From contig CM052837.1 in NCBI GenBank assembly GCA_028534125.1, positions 33,294,001 through 33,358,000 of the forward strand: DNA of 64,000 nucleotides, written 5' to 3'. This stretch comes from Lama glama (lineage: Eukaryota). A program made the position numbers and the translations under genes. Under the pieces are notes generated by a model that made no database searches, was not told the DNA's origin, and saw nothing but the letters and a program-made list of their open reading frames with translations. Within the stretch, counting starts at the first letter, position 1. Every line of letters begins with the position of its first letter. Positions 62,601-64,000 of this stretch are shown here, in pieces.

Positions 62601-63291
62601 CTGTGGACTGAAAGATGGAAAAGAGACCAGTTGGGGCTGAGATAGGGAGTCGCAGGGTGGAGGGACATTGTGGAGCCAGTGACGGTGGAAGGGGGCAGGG
62701 GGAGGCCAGTGGGAAGCCCCAGACATGTGGTCAGTGCCCTGCAGTGTTGAATTTTAGCACTGGGACGCTGGTTACCTGGGATGTCAGACCCCACCTGCCT
62801 CGCCCACTCCCTTCTCCCACCAGCACCAGCCTTCTCAGAGGTGCAGAGACAGACCCCTTGGTCTCCTCAGAGATTGTTCCTGAACTCTCCGTTCCCCTTC
62901 AGTCAAAGAGAAGGAGACACTCCAATCTAGAGGGGGGATGGTGGGGGAGGTGGGAGGGGACGGGGGAACCTGGTCTGAGACCTCTGGCTGCCCAACCACA
63001 GTAGATGCAAAATAACAAACAATCCGGAAGGTTCTATTGTATTCATCACCTGAGCTTCCCTCCCCTGTGCGGGGCACTCCGCTCACTGCCGTCACTAAGG
63101 GAACCTCCGCAGAACTTTCTCACAGGTGGTCTGGTATTGCCCCATTTACAAAGGAGGAAACCATAGCTATCCAGAGCGACGGTGCTGTCCCTGCTCCCCT
63201 CTCTTCCTTCTTGGGGTGTTTCAAGCAGTAGATCTTATACCTTCTAATGGATCCAAAAACATAACTCTTTAAGAAATTAAATTTACTGATC

Positions 63292-63761
63292 TTTAAATTG
63301 AGGTACAATTAACATACAGCATTGTATTCAAGTGTCCAGCACAATGGTTTGATAATTGTTTACATTGCAAAATGACCACCACGATAAATCTAGTTAACTT
63401 CCATCACCCTAGTTACAGAATTATTTTTTTCTTATGATGAGAACTTTTAAGATCTACTCTCTGAGCAACTTTCAAATATGCAGTGCAGGCTTATGAACTA
63501 TAGTCACCATGCTGTACACCCCATCCCCATGGCTTATTTGTTTTATAACTGGAAGGTTGTACCTTTTTTACTCCCTTCTCCCCTTTTGCCTGCTCTCCCC
63601 ACCTCCCTGCACCTCTGGCAACCATCAGTCTGTTTTCTGTATGGATGAACTTGATGTTTTGCTTTTGTTTTTAAGATTCCATATATAAGTGAGACCCTCT
63701 GCTATTTATCTTTCTCTGTCTGACTTATTCATTTAGCATAATGCCTTCAAGGTCCAACCAT
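63292..63761 (-). mobile_element. L1MA-like 3' end
   Basis: tttaaattgaggtacaatt...gagaacttttaagatctactct...ctgacttattcatttagcataatgccttcaaggtcc, then Ns. Confidence 0.8.
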
Positions 63762-64000
63762 NNNNNNNNNNNNNNNNNNNNNNNNNNNNNNNNNNNNNNN
63801 NNNNNNNNNNNNNNNNNNNNNNNNNNNNNNNNNNNNNNNNNNNNNNNNNNNNNNNNNNNNNNNNNNNNNNNNNNNNNNNNNNNNNNNNNNNNNNNNNNNN
63901 NNNNNNNNNNNNNNNNNNNNNNNNNNNNNNNNNNNNNNNNNNNNNNNNNNNNNNNNNNNNNNNNNNNNNNNNNATTCTTGATTAATTTACTTACCCACTT

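Noticed and set aside
1-64000. Prokaryote-type systems (CRISPR arrays, operons, rRNA)
   Set aside because: The sequence is clearly mammalian, and no regularly spaced repeat-spacer array or rRNA-like segment was seen.

Overview
Mammalian genomic DNA, probably camelid judging by its tRNA-derived SINEs and young L1 3' ends. It is orthologous to the human chr20q13 RTF2-GCNT7-FAM209 locus. The window begins inside a long RTF2 intron. That intron holds the complete three-exon GCNT7 CDS on the minus strand (429 aa, 2495-5297). Next come the last four RTF2 coding exons (15367-19746, +) and one two-exon FAM209 gene (23992-25389, +, 169 aa). The remaining ~38 kb is repeat-rich and gene-free, with an orphan CpG-rich island (~31.2-32.3 kb), several strong CTCF motifs and N-runs over young L1s. 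The most unusual structure is an ~850-bp inverted duplication (14266-15114 vs 55167-56019, ~40 kb apart). It is not a single transposon, and its ~340-bp core is almost identical while its flanks are more diverged, which suggests gene conversion. Other points of interest: GCNT7 has Arg at the position of the GT14 catalytic glutamate; GCNT7 and FAM209 each have an out-of-frame uATG exactly 32 nt upstream of the main ATG; and two extended CTCF sites face each other. Repeat family names come from recognising consensus sequences by eye, and repeat boundaries are approximate.
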